DNA from: Basidiobolus meristosporus CBS 931.73
Taxonomy: Eukaryota > Fungi > Basidiobolomycota
Assembly (NCBI GenBank): GCA_002104905.1
Contig: MCFE01000048.1
Span: forward strand, 132,825 to 196,824
DNA: 64,000 nucleotides
Direction of reading: 5' to 3'
Shown here: piece by piece, positions 50,027-60,820 of the stretch
How the letters are laid out: the number at the start of each line of letters is the position of its first letter
Position numbering within the stretch: the first letter of the stretch is position 1
Position numbers and translations under genes: made by a program
The notes under the pieces: model-generated
Database searches by the model: none
The model's input: the letters and a program-made list of their open reading frames with translations, nothing else
What the model was told of the DNA's origin: nothing

Positions 50027-50826
50027 CTACAGTGGAGTACATAACATATCGATCCCGCCATACCTGTTGTATAAATCAAATACTGACCACACCTTCGAGA
50101 AAAGTACCAAAACAAGATATATACACTCAATGAGCCATTGTTTAAACGAAGCAGCTTGATTCAAGCGACGCTTCATGAGAGCAGCGCAGGAGATCGGAGA
50201 GTCTTGATTAGCACCTACCAGACATTCCAGAAGATGCCGATGTGCTCTTACATAATAGACGGCGATACAGTAGCAACCACAAATTAGAGTACTGATCCTA
50301 CTGTAATCCCAGCAGCCCCACGTCCTAATTGCCTTTCTGGAGCACCCAATAAATAAGTGGAGCAGGGATGAGCACATCAGGCAACTGGGCCGCACTAAGA
50401 AGCAGTAGTGCAAAAATCTCTTTGTCCAGTAGGCTTGCTTCGTTCGGCAAAAAATCACCAGCAATACACGATGAATTCCCAGAGATGCATCCACATGTTT
50501 CCTGTGAACATCCAATCCTGCCTGTTAGGAGCATCTTAAAGAGAAAACGATCAACTTGCCTGTTTCATTATGAATTCAAAACAAACCTCCAAATGCTTCT
50601 CTGTAACTGTAATATGCATGATATCTAGAATAGGATCGAATAAACGAGCATCATGAGACCGACGCAGTTTCCGGGATGTAGGGCAACAGAATTCTTACCC
50701 GATTTGAATGAAAGGATTATCCTTCGAATAATCTGGGATGTCTTCAATGCGATACAGCTGATACGCCTGGTGAGGCGCAGACGTTTTCTTCTCGAGATCG
50801 TAGTTTTTACTACCGAGTTCATCCAT
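50027..50826 (-). pseudogene. PAQR / IZH / adiponectin-receptor family pseudogene
   Basis: DIPDYSKDNPFIQIG|YH...LF*IHNET|GNMWMHL and CLMCSSLLHLF...WDYSRISTLICG...YY; TGA at 50576-50578 plus a frameshift. The 3' extent is uncertain. Confidence 0.7.
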
Positions 50827-51253
50827 ATCGGATAGCAGAGCTGTGGTATTTCAATTTTACAAAGTAATCTACAAACACAAGGATATTTACAAATGAGGAA
50901 TAGGGACAAGTCAAACGCAGAATGTTTACAAGTGTCTTGAAGAGACCATCTGTTATATACATATATATATATATACACGAGCGAGCGTTGGTTCGCCAGA
51001 TGCGTGTTGTTTAAAAATTTATTCGAGGATTAAACAAATGTTCTAATTATTAACGTTTACTCCAGATGCTTCAGCTCCAACGGACAATTACATTGCGTCT
51101 ATATAACAAATTATCTTCGGATTTGCTTCGGATTCTGAAGATCTATAAACACCACTCAACTAGTTACAGAGAGTTATCCGATTCCTCTTAATGATTACAG
51201 GGAATTTTGTGGCTACTTGTAAATCCTTTGTTACTATTAAAGTGATATTCGTC

Positions 51254-52760
51254 TTACGGCCGGGCATGATGATTCTCCGGCGCAGGCATGGGATAGTGTA
51301 CTTGTTGAGAAAAGCCGGTGTCCTCAGGTCGAGATGGTATTATCGGAACTTCTTGGTGTTGATGGCTACTCTCAAGACGAGCAGGCAATGGTGGGCCAAA
51401 CTGTGAGGGGTGCTGACCAGGTATCTCTGCCATAGGATATATCTCGCTGTTTTCAGCATGGTTCTGCATTGCCGTTTCCGTAGGCTGAGTAGTCAGAAGA
51501 TAGGTGTTTCCACCAGAATTCATCTCCTGCTTCTTTCTGGATCGTAATTCTGCTCGTTTGCGCGCAAGACGGCAGGAATCAACGCCACAGCATAGTATCC
51601 CATATAAGAATTCAGGAATATATGTAATATAGCCATCGGTTATTGCCTTCAGTGGAGTCATCCGTTCAGTGCTTAACTCACCGCTGGCATGCTTGGCAAT
51701 CATATCTTGAGGACCATAATACTTGGCCATCAAGATGATAACAAAGGCCATTACTACACATATGATAATTACATAAAGACCATTTTTGACTGCTGCTGCT
51801 GGCCAAGCGATCGAATCACTCGAGTTACTTCCATCCGTACCCTTGATCACCTCAGCTGTCGTAAGGATGGTCAAGAGAATGTCCCCCACGTAAAAGATAA
51901 ACATGATAGGGCCCTTGACACACCAAAACATCCCGTGAGCACGAATCTTGCCTCTCTTCCACTCCTCATGGAACACCGCAAGATAGGTGAAAAGGGCTGA
52001 GAGAATAACTGAGAGGGAAACGAAGTTGATGATTGTCAGGTAGACATAGGCACCATGGAAGTTATATTTGCCCTCGCAGTAATATCCTCGAAGTTCAGCG
52101 AAGATAGAGATAAACGCATTCATGATGGACCTGGCAATAAGTCATAAGCAAGGGACCGTCAGAAGATCCGCACAATGCAGGTCTCTTACCATATAGGATA
52201 CTGGAAAACTAAAATATTTGTGATGGTATTGTAATGAAGTCCCCATTTAGATTTTCTAGGCAAATGAAAGGTTAGAATCATGGAACATCAATCAAGTAAT
52301 TATCATCAAGACGCACATGCGTATCTTAAAAAAATAAAACATATTAACCGTTATATCTTCCTTCCTCTTGCCAGCTTCGTCTCTAAAAGGCTGTAGGTAC
52401 GATTGAAGGCACATAAAGAGGTTGTAAACTGCAAAAGATTCGAACAGTGTCGCAAAGAACATGATAGTTGTTGAATAATCATAGCGCAAGTACGAAAACC
52501 AGGCTAAAGTTGCATAGACAGGAGGGTACAACAAAATTCGCAACTTGTGTCTTTGAACATGTGAGTTGCTGAACGAAAAAGTTAGAGCAAGTAAGCAAAA
52601 ACGAATATAATTGAGCCAAGACAGCTTACTAATAGTTTTTAGCGTGACGGCCTACAACTATGAAAGCATACACCCATGTGAATGCAAGTAGAACACAGCA
52701 GAATAACCAGCCTATTATATGCCAATTCTGACTAAACAAAGGAACGTTTTCGTTGGTAAA
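51254..52760 (-). CDS. Organic solute transporter OST-alpha / TMEM184 family, multi-exon
   Basis: RILLYPPVYA...WFS, YNLFMCL, NFVSLSVILSALFTY and KFWCVK-like GMFWCVKG segment. The true start lies in an unresolved exon upstream, up to about 52990. Confidence 0.8.
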
Positions 52761-54413
52761 CTTGCAAAACTACATTCACCCATAACCTGGAAAGGGCCAA
52801 GTTTTATAAATACCTCGGCTGCTGGAAGAGGGAATCGAGGTGGAAACCAGGTTGGCTCCTGCCAGGCAATATGTTAATCAAAGGGTTGCCAAGTTCACAA
52901 CTAGACTTCTAATCAAGACGTACAATCCGCCATCTCGACGAAGGCCGCCGGGGCTTGGGCATTGGTTTTCACTCTCGGAGGTATCCATTCACTTGGAATA
53001 TGAAAGGCAGGTAGGAAAGAAAGCGCGGGGGCGAGATTGGTATTGCGGAAGTTATATACGATAGGCCAACGTATCATTTGCATGCATGCTATATATATCC
53101 TTCACTCATAGATTCATTACATCTATTATTGGGAAAACGATCTTATCTGACCATATTCCCATTTATGAGCGGTAGCCGGGCTCTCCCAGCAAAATCTTTC
53201 ATTTCAAGACATAAGCCAAGTCACAGGCTGAAATAGATTGAATTTAATTCGTAATGGGTTTCGAATTAGCCAGCACAAGGTGAAGTTTCGCATCATCAAA
53301 TCAGATGGGTTCATTGTACGCATTGGCTTCAATTAATAATGCACATTGTGTTTGGTCAAAGATAATATTGCAGTGCAGTAGGCTTGACCAATGATTACAG
53401 CAACGCTAATTTGAGGGGTGGCTAAGGCTGAGCTCTGACAATGATGAACAGAAGAGCCCCTATGGATCGGTGGGAAATATGCCTCCGAGGGCGGAACAGG
53501 AATTACTGGCTCGGGTTCACCCGATCTTCAAGATCGAAAAGTCTTTGGCATCGCTGATACGGTGATCATCCTTAATGAAGGAGAGTAGTGGAGGAAAGCG
53601 GCTGATCCTAGCGTAACAGTAGCGTATAAGCATACTAAAGATTACCTTTTACAACCCATCGCACTTGTACACACCGGTTGCAGGTGGGCTCCCTGACTCT
53701 CGGATAATACGGCAAATATGTGGCTCAGGGGGCCCTATCTTAGGTGATACGTACCGGCTAGAAACCCTCATCGAGCTTTCCCAGCCAGTTGTGTCTTTCT
53801 TGCTTATTAAAAGGTGGATGTGCTAACATGCCAAGATTGATGCAATGAAGCTGCAGATCATGAATCCAATCATGCTTTATTTAAGCTTATGCACGTGTGG
53901 AAAATACTTCTTTCAGACAAGCTTCTATTTATGGCATTTCTATTCCGATATTGTTACTGGGGCTTGGTAGATCACTATGGGATGATCGTCCTACGGATTC
54001 TCTTCATTCTAATTGGATGATTTCCTCTCCCCCCCAAGGTGGGAAGTTCTTGTTGGCATGATTACAACAGTTGCCAAGCATTTCTTCATGATTAGCGCTA
54101 TTCTAACTGGGAGTGCTGTAAGACATGTGGGAACCTGAGAGTGAGCCTATCTTTAGGGGTATTGACTCATTGGGCCAGGATCGGCAAATTTGATCCTTTG
54201 AAGATCGTAGTAAGTAAAGTGATGCCATATCAAACAAGTGATTTGCGCTGCAAACATTAATAGCCCAATTAATATCATCAAGTAGTGATTCGTTTAGTAA
54301 GCAGTTTTACCATTCATCATATTTTGTTCTCAATAAAAAATTGCCATCCTCAAACCACAACTCTTACACTGTTCTTCTTCACCTACTTTGGTACTGTATC
54401 AAAGAGTTTTACC

Positions 54414-54767
54414 TGTTATAAAAATTCGTAATTCCACCTAAATATTCACCTAGCTTAGTTAGTCACTTTGATAATTACCTACAAATCTTGGAGAATTCTG
54501 ACCAAATACCTTGTCGGCATTTACTTAGAATATTATCATCAAAACATCAGGTACCCAGAACATGAAAATTCTCAAAGTTGTCCAAACAGTCCCAAACTTT
54601 GCACACATGATCTTGGGACCTTCCTAAACATATTCTATAGATTTGTCTTGCTAAGACCATGTAAAGCTACAAATACCACTTTTACATTTAATAAATCATT
54701 ATGTGAAAAACCATATATTCTACTTGTACTCCTAGTCACTTCCAATATCTCCAAGACTCTTAGAACA
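54414..54767 (+). mobile_element. Copia solo LTR (diverged relative of the 3326 LTR)
   Basis: Colinear with the LTR end to end; TG...CA; TSD TTACC at 54409-54413 and 54768-54772. Confidence 0.93.
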
Positions 54768-55925
54768 TTACCAAATGCATAAACTATATAATTATCAAAG
54801 CTCCTCAGTGCTATTAGAGACCTACCACATACTCTGAACTTGTTATTTGTCCTCTGCAGTGGCCAGAGTATTGTGTCAGGGTTAAGGTATTCAAATGCTT
54901 GATTCAAATCTGATAAAGTATGATAATGCCATTTCAACTTGATCAAGTTGCATAGTGCAAATTTTACCAGGTAATTATATCTTTATTAAAGAGAAGATAA
55001 AAATACTGCAAAAATTGAGTTGAGTTTGAAAAAGAGCTTCAAAACAAAATCATGCAGGTATATAAGATAAAGCTGGGATTTACGTGATGGCAAAGCACAA
55101 AGGGAAAGTACAAAGCTATACTACTACTTCCTAGAAGCTAGTGCCCTCTCCAGAAGGCAGAACCACTAGTCTAATTGTAGATATAATAGTAAAAAGCCAT
55201 TGTATTGGCTCCCTTTGTTTGTGGAACTGTTGTATCCAAGAGAAAAGTGTAATAAAACTCTTGAATGAGTTAACTGAACCTAAGTGATAACTAAGTGCAG
55301 AATCTTAGAACTGTCAAGGGTGACAGAAATATTAGCAGAGAAGTTCTGGTCTAATATTGGTTTTGTATATAGTTGAGTTTGGCTATAAAGGCAACAGAGT
55401 TGGTTTGCTATACAGGCTAGGCTTGGTGTACTTGGGGATGCTAGATATGCTAGGCTTGGGTGGAAACTAGAATGGAATTGTTGAATTCTTAATTTTGCTG
55501 AGGCACAATCTTAATCTTGTTGAGACACACACTCAACCAAAAGGTTCAGTAATCTTTATTATATTTTTCTGATTGAGTTCAATTAGTAAGCACCAAGAGA
55601 CTGGACTAATTGAAATCTGTTTCTGTTTGGGTGTTGATAGGTGCATAAGATAAATAAAAAATTGCATCATTAATCAGCTGATGTCTTGGCAACTACTAAG
55701 TGGTTGGATGGATCTCCAATGACTAATCCTTTATAAGGCTTAGCAGATCAGTTGAGGATGTAATGACCACTTGAAAATTGATCAGGTACGACAGCTAAAA
55801 ATAGATTCTGAGAAGTGATAAAATAAACCATAACAGGGATTAGGAATGTTTGGGTTAGGGAAAATCAGTTAGGGTACTAGATTTCTAACAGAGTAAAATA
55901 GGCTTAGGGTAAGGTAAGGTTAGGG

Positions 55926-55998
55926 GAGGGAAAGTCACCTAGTTGGTGAAATCTTTATTTGAGTCAAGAACTAATCAAAGTACAAATAAAGAAGTCAC
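55926..55998 (-). mobile_element. LINE 3'-UTR-only copy, bounded by TTAGGG
   Basis: Near copy of 56021-56095; TTAGGG at 55920 and 55999. Confidence 0.7.
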
Positions 55999-56020
55999 TT
56001 AGGGGGGGAGACACTTAGGG

Positions 56021-56808
56021 GAGGGGAAGTCACCAAGTTGGTGAAATCTTTATTTGAGTTAAGAACTAATCTAAGTACAAATAAAGAAGCCAATTAAGAG
56101 GTCTAGAACCTCACTAATAAGTAATCTAATTTATGTTTTGTTTCATCTCTAATGTTTGTTTCAATAAAGTAAAGCTTATCAGGGGTAAATATAAAATTCA
56201 GGGGTTTTGGGGGAAGTACAAATTGTAGATGTTTCTGATCAATATAATCCAAGACTGGAACCCAGCCTGGGATTAGGTGTAGTAGGAAAGGTGTGTGGAC
56301 TTGTAAGTAGCTCTGCCACATAGATCTTAGATGGTCCTGAGCCAGTAGTCTTGGTTTCTCAGCTTTTTGAAGTTTTGAAGCAAGCTCTGTTACTACAGCA
56401 GAGCCAACCAGGGTGTGCCAGCAAGAAGATTTCAGGGAGGAGTTAGATTGAAGCCATTGTTTGATGGAGGGGTTATGTGATTTCTGAAGTTTGACTAGGA
56501 AGGAAGCCTGGAGATAGACCATTTGGATTTGGTATGGGTAGAACCCAAAGACTCCATTAGTTGCATGGATATAGGGAGATACTGGAAGATAAGGTACCAA
56601 GGATCTGATACACTGATGGAGAAATTTATCCAGGCGGTTAAGTTCCCTGGAGGTTAGGGGTATAATGTGGAGACCAAATTCAAGTACCGGCAGTACATAC
56701 TGCTTCAGAAGTATAGGGATCTTTTGAATTGGAGTGTCTGGAGTGACTACTACCAGAAGCTTTTTGAGAGCCTGTTGGGCAAGACGGATCCTATTATTCA
56801 GGTGGAGC
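56021..56808 (-). mobile_element. 5'-truncated non-LTR retrotransposon (LINE) B: RT thumb region plus 3' UTR
   Basis: HLNNRIRLAQQAL...LLKQYVLPVLEFG...LDKFLHQCIRSL; stop at 56103; AATAAA in the 3' UTR; begins right after TTAGGGTTAGGG at 56809-56820. Confidence 0.8.
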
Positions 56809-56820
56809 TTAGGGTTAGGG

Positions 56821-57655
56821 GGGGAGACAGTCACCAACAGGTGAAATCTTTATTTCAGTTGAAACAAAGAAGCCAGCACTACTGTTGTAGCTTTGATACA
56901 AGAGTGTGTAGCTGAGGGGAATTTGTAGGTAAGTTAATAAGAAGTGATGATAGTTCTTCAGTGCTCAAGACACTGTTCAGTGGGAAGGGGGGTAGCAAGA
57001 GAGGTAAGAATGACTTGTAAACAGCATTATTGAGGGGAATGTGATAAGGATTGATATTCATCATAAAGGGAGTGTGCTGCTGCAGATATTGCTGCCAATG
57101 GTCTGTCAAGTACTTCAGGTAGGCCAGCTTGGGTTTTTCTGACTGCAGAATATAGTGAGCAAACTTCTTGACTTCAGGATCTCCAAGTATAGTTCTCCAG
57201 CAGGAGTCAGGTGTAGTGTGGTGTGTTCTCTTCCATGCCTTAATCAGTGGGTTGTTGCAGTTGTGAAGTCTGTGGTATAATCTGGTTCTAAGGTAGAGAA
57301 GTCTGATCTTATAGGACATAAACCCAAAAGCACCAAGAATAGCATGTCTGTAGGGGCATTCAGGCAAATGAGGCACCAAGGAGGTAATGCACCATACTGC
57401 AAACTTGTCAAGCTTAGTGCAGTCTCTAGAAGTAAGAGAGAGAAGTGGTAAGCCAAATTCCAGGACAGGGAAGACAAACTGCTTGAGTAGAAGAAGGCAG
57501 CTGGGAGCTGAAGTTGTAGGAGGAGTAACAGTCAGTAGCTTGTGGAGTGCCTGTCTTGCCAGGATAATTCTCTTCTTCAGGTGTGCTCCAGAGTCTAGTC
57601 CAGTAGGAAGGAAAGGAAAGCCAAGATATGTAGCAGAAACCTGAGCAGGTAGAGT
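56821..57655 (-). mobile_element. 5'-truncated LINE A: RT domain 7 to C-terminus plus 3' UTR
   Basis: TYLGFPF...HLKKRIILARQAL...LLKQFVFPVLEFG, one frameshift, LDKF..WCI; homologous to copy B; TTAGGG at 57659. Confidence 0.8.
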
Positions 57656-58288
57656 GGGTTAGGGTGTAGGTGTTATAGTAAGGGCTAGGAAAAGGTTAGA
57701 AGAGCAGGGGGTCTGGGGGACGCAGTCCCCTAGAGAATAAAAAAGCAGGGGGTTTGGGGGATGCAATCCCCCATACTGCTCTTATACTCTTTAAATTCCC
57801 GTTGGATTACTTTTCTCTCATTCTTGGTTCTGGTCCCTTAGGGTTAGAATTCCTCCTCCTAACCCTTATCACCCTAACCATAAATATTTTTACCCTACAA
57901 TTGGCACATTGTCTGCTCATATGGTGGGCATGTCTGGGCCAATATTTGTCTCCCTATACTGTCCATACGCTCTGTATAAGTCTTGATGACTATTTAATTA
58001 ATAAATTGTTATTTTTAATATATATCTAATAATTAATGGGATTCATCCCAATCTGACCACAATCCCATATTTTGATAAGCTTCGGGCACCATAAATTGCG
58101 CGGCCCTAATATGATAAAAAAATTCATGGCCAATACAAATTTTCTGTAACCCGATTGCTTTTACCAAATATAAAGTGTATCCAAAAGTTCAATATATATT
58201 ATGGCTATAATAGAAACTTTATTTGACACCATCGCAACTACTACTTATGTTCTATGCGCACATGTATCCCGCGGGAATTGTAAAACTT

Positions 58289-58764
58289 AGCCACGTGGTA
58301 CAAAAGTGCTTTAATTTTTCATCATGATAGTTTTACATGAGTTCCTAACGCACTTTGAAAGTACGCAGTAGCCATACCCCAACAGGTTTTAAGGATGTCC
58401 ACTAGCTACGTCTACTTGTGTCTAGCGGGAGTCATCAATCATCAGCCGCGCGGTAAAAAAGTGCTTTTATTTTTCATCATGATAGTTTTACATGAGTCCC
58501 TAATGCACTTTTATAGTGCGCGGTAACCATACCCCAACAGGTTTTAAGGATACCCACTTGCTACGTTTACTTGTGTCTAGCGGGAGTTATCAATCATCAG
58601 CCGCGCGGTAATAAAGTGCTTTTATTTTTCATCATGATAGTTTTACATGAGTCCCTAACGCACTTTTATAGTGCGCGGTAACCATACCCCCAGAAAGTAG
58701 TGTGGATGCTTACTTTAAACGCTCACTTGTGTATTGTACGGAATATCAACAAACAGCCGCGTGG
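58289..58764. repeat. 155-bp tandem repeat, about 3 units
   Basis: Unit starts at 58289, 58444, 58599 and 58755 with cores CCACGTGG, CCGCGCGG, CCGCGCGG and CCGCGTGG; the third unit diverges in its second half. Confidence 0.92.
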
Positions 58765-59149
58765 GAATGGAACATCATAGAAAAGCATTGCTTTGTTGTT
58801 AGCAAGTATTGATGCGCAAATAGTGGTACTATGTGAATTATTGAGTAACTATTTACTCTAGTTGGTTCCAAGATATTCCTAGACAATATGCTCAAAATCA
58901 ATATTAGCATCAATAGCTTGCTCTTTGATCACTAAACCACCGCACCCAATATGCGGTGGCCTTGGTTTTGTCTAGCCGTCGAGGAATGAAACCAGAGTAC
59001 AGTCACAAGAGAGGCAAAAGTGAAATGTGATGAAGTAAGTGTATATGAAAGTAATATAAATCTACAGGACAGAAGAGAACAACTAGTAGTTAAACAGCAC
59101 TCACTGACACTCCACCGAGTAGAGCACCAACACGGACAATAAACAAGTC

Positions 59150-59611
59150 ATGAGGGGAAAGCTTAAGGACCGCTACTCGGGGATCAAGACCAAAAGAGGA
59201 AGCTGCCTCTACCATAGCAGTCCTCGCGCTCCAAAGGAAGACCAAGAGTCTATTATAGACAAAGATTGCGGCGAGAAGAGCAGTACAATTACCAGTTCTG
59301 GTAGTGGTACCTTTGGAAGTCCCGAATACCTGGAGAAAACTCGGAAAAAATTGGCAGATGACTCAGTTGTCCTGAGGAGAAAACGAACCAATGCGATTGA
59401 GCAGTTCCGAAACGAACTTCAGCTTAGTTCTTCTTTGCCTCACTATAAAGTACTCCAAGTGGCTTATTTTGATTATAAGCGTATGAAGGAGAATCAGGCA
59501 GAGACTGATAAATTAAGTGATAGTCAATTGCATCACTTCTTAGATCAGGTAGAGAAACAGTCGCACAGCCAAGAGACGGAACAAGAATTGACGATTACAG
59601 AAACCAAATAA
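59150..59611 (+). CDS. Hypothetical 153-aa protein, possible degenerate bHLH
   Basis: ATG-initiated, intronless, followed by AATAAA; RRKRTNAIEQ...KVLQVAYFDY segment. Confidence 0.5.
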   Translation: MRGKLKDRYSGIKTKRGSCLYHSSPRAPKEDQESIIDKDCGEKSSTITSSGSGTFGSPEYLEKTRKKLADDSVVLRRKRTNAIEQFRNELQLSSSLPHYKVLQVAYFDYKRMKENQAETDKLSDSQLHHFLDQVEKQSHSQETEQELTITETK

Positions 59612-59843
59612 TTTTGCCAATGTAGTTTTGCATTTTAATAAAATAAAAGGGTGTTAATAAGAACAGAATAAAGTTAACTTATGTGTACATCAAATGATTC
59701 AAATACTGGCTAGATGGATGTTACGTAGGAGCAAGAAGCTCAGTAACCTCAAAGGAAAGATATGATGAATGGGCCACCGACATCATCCGAATGAGTATAA
59801 AAGTGGAGAAAGGAGACATAATCCTTCATAAAAAACAAGAAGC

Positions 59844-60629
59844 ATGGAAGCAGGCAGTAGCCGGGTAGATGCCAGGAGTGAAGGTAGAGTACAAAGAGAG
59901 CGAGGAAGGGGACAAGGACGCGGAAGAGGACGCGGAACCGGGCGCGGAAGAGGAAGAGGGCAAGGAAGTGGCCAAATCCAAGAGGAGCGTGAAGGAGGTG
60001 TTGCAGCAAACGTGGATGATGCTGAGCAAGTTGCTGTAGTCACTACCAGGCGGCCGGTCAACCAAGTTTCCCAAGCATTGTCAGAGGTTCGACAAGAGCT
60101 TCCGGAATATAGGACAACATCGCACCATGAGATATTGCGACGTATGTGCCAGGAGATTAAACAGAGGAGGGGTGATATTGTAAAGCTAAATCGGGATATT
60201 GCTGGACTTCAAGCCCAGATTGATTTCAGTTTCCACCATTCTACTGAGGCATTAGTGGCACAAATGGTGGAAAAGTTTGCCCGCATCAGGGCAAGCGATG
60301 AGCAGGATGCATCTTCCGACCCAGGTGTACTTGCGAGCGACAGTATTGGAGGGGATACTACTTCCTCCCTCAAACCTACCACAAGCCAAGAGACAAGAGC
60401 AGAATCCTCCACAACAATGAGAATGGCCCCCACGCAGGTTGATATGGAAGTGTGCGAAGAAGACGTGGAGAAGCAGAGTGGGGATACTATAGGCCAACCA
60501 GAAACTGTAATGGAGGCGGAGAGACCAAGTCATATTGTCATCTTAAAAATACCACAGGTTGATTCATCGCTATCACTTCCCCCATCATCACTATCTGTGC
60601 CCCCATCACCACCGCCATCCTCTGGCTAA
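59844..60629 (+). CDS. Hypothetical 261-aa protein with an RG-repeat and a coiled coil
   Basis: RGRGQGRGRGRGTGRGRGRGQG; heptad-like IKQRRGDIVKLNRDIAGLQAQI; AATAAA after the stop. Confidence 0.55.
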   Translation: MEAGSSRVDARSEGRVQRERGRGQGRGRGRGTGRGRGRGQGSGQIQEEREGGVAANVDDAEQVAVVTTRRPVNQVSQALSEVRQELPEYRTTSHHEILRRMCQEIKQRRGDIVKLNRDIAGLQAQIDFSFHHSTEALVAQMVEKFARIRASDEQDASSDPGVLASDSIGGDTTSSLKPTTSQETRAESSTTMRMAPTQVDMEVCEEDVEKQSGDTIGQPETVMEAERPSHIVILKIPQVDSSLSLPPSSLSVPPSPPPSSG

Positions 60630-60820
60630 CTTGAGTAAATAAAGAATTTCCACCATCCCAAATCAATGAATTGACAAGTAATAAGTTGAACTGATAAGAT
60701 TGACGATTTACAGACTAATATATGTAAAGTATGTAGTACTTAAGAGCTTTCAAGTTGTGGTGTATTATCAAGTATTCACCGTCACATAAATCACGCAGCA
60801 GTTGTTGTATCCCTATCCCA

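Noticed and set aside
53600-53830. CGSGGP peptide resembling a serine-protease GDSGGP motif
   Set aside because: The motif is incomplete and the other catalytic residues were not found.
54780-54960. Ulp1-like protease fragment (WPLQRTNNKFRVCG)
   Set aside because: Too short and degenerate to support; the region is only recognisable as CpG-depleted repeat-derived DNA.
56021-57655. Penelope-like (Athena/Coprina) identity for the telomere-associated elements
   Set aside because: The peptide has LINE-type YLG and thumb motifs rather than the PLE FLD...KPT...HP pattern.
58289-58764. CRISPR-like array
   Set aside because: Units are contiguous 155-bp repeats without unique spacers, there are no cas genes, and the context is eukaryotic.
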